From contig PXAH01000096.1 of the NCBI GenBank assembly GCA_003565945.1, forward strand, positions 1 to 42,844: a DNA stretch of 42,844 bases, given 5' to 3'. Both the position numbers and the translations under genes were made by a program. Origin of the DNA: Candidatus Omnitrophota bacterium (GTDB lineage: Bacteria; Omnitrophota; Gorgyraeia; Duberdicusellales; 4484-171). The notes under the pieces were generated by a model. It worked only from the letters and a program-made list of their open reading frames with translations, did no database searches and was not told the DNA's origin. Each line of letters opens with the position of its first letter. The first letter of the stretch is position 1. This document shows, one piece after another, positions 42,736-42,844 of the stretch.

Positions 42736-42844
42736 TGTTCTTTTTAGTTCAAAGCTTTTTATTGCCAATTGAGTTCTTACTTTGTTTTTGGCAATTATCG
42801 GAACAAATAAAGTAGTTAAGGTGAGCAAGGAAACTTCGCCTTCG

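Overview
AT-rich bacterial core-genome segment (standard code; gene content and divergence pattern suggest a diderm PVC-type organism such as Ca. Omnitrophota, which is inference only). Gene order on + strand: rbfA-nrnA(DHH)-truB-ribF, then a dcw cluster (mraZ, small ORF, rsmH, ftsL, ftsI, murE, murF, mraY, murD, ftsW, murG, murC, murB, ddl, ftsQ, a very degenerate ftsA-like gene, no ftsZ), lnt, a lipid A/lysophospholipid acyltransferase, a coiled-coil membrane protein, a LacI regulator, class II ribonucleotide reductase nrdJ (NrdR boxes upstream), holB, PSP1/ricT, metG, tatD, mtnA, tsaE, tsaB and alr. comF-lptF-lptG follow on the - strand, then a GAF histidine kinase plus receiver, an RluA-type pseudouridine synthase, a small membrane protein, a YbgC thioesterase, DUF192, tRNA-Pro(TGG) and tRNA-Arg(TCT). 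The proteins are mostly housekeeping. The unexplained signal is in the spacers: several families of non-coding palindromic or heptamer elements. The most striking is an oriented element with distinct left and right ends and GGTTGCG boxes at a fixed 32-bp spacing, present three times inside the dcw operon; one copy is interrupted by a second repeat family. Other highlights are an FtsA-like protein without recognisable ATP-binding motifs and no adjacent ftsZ, and an NrdR-like tandem site upstream of the division operon.
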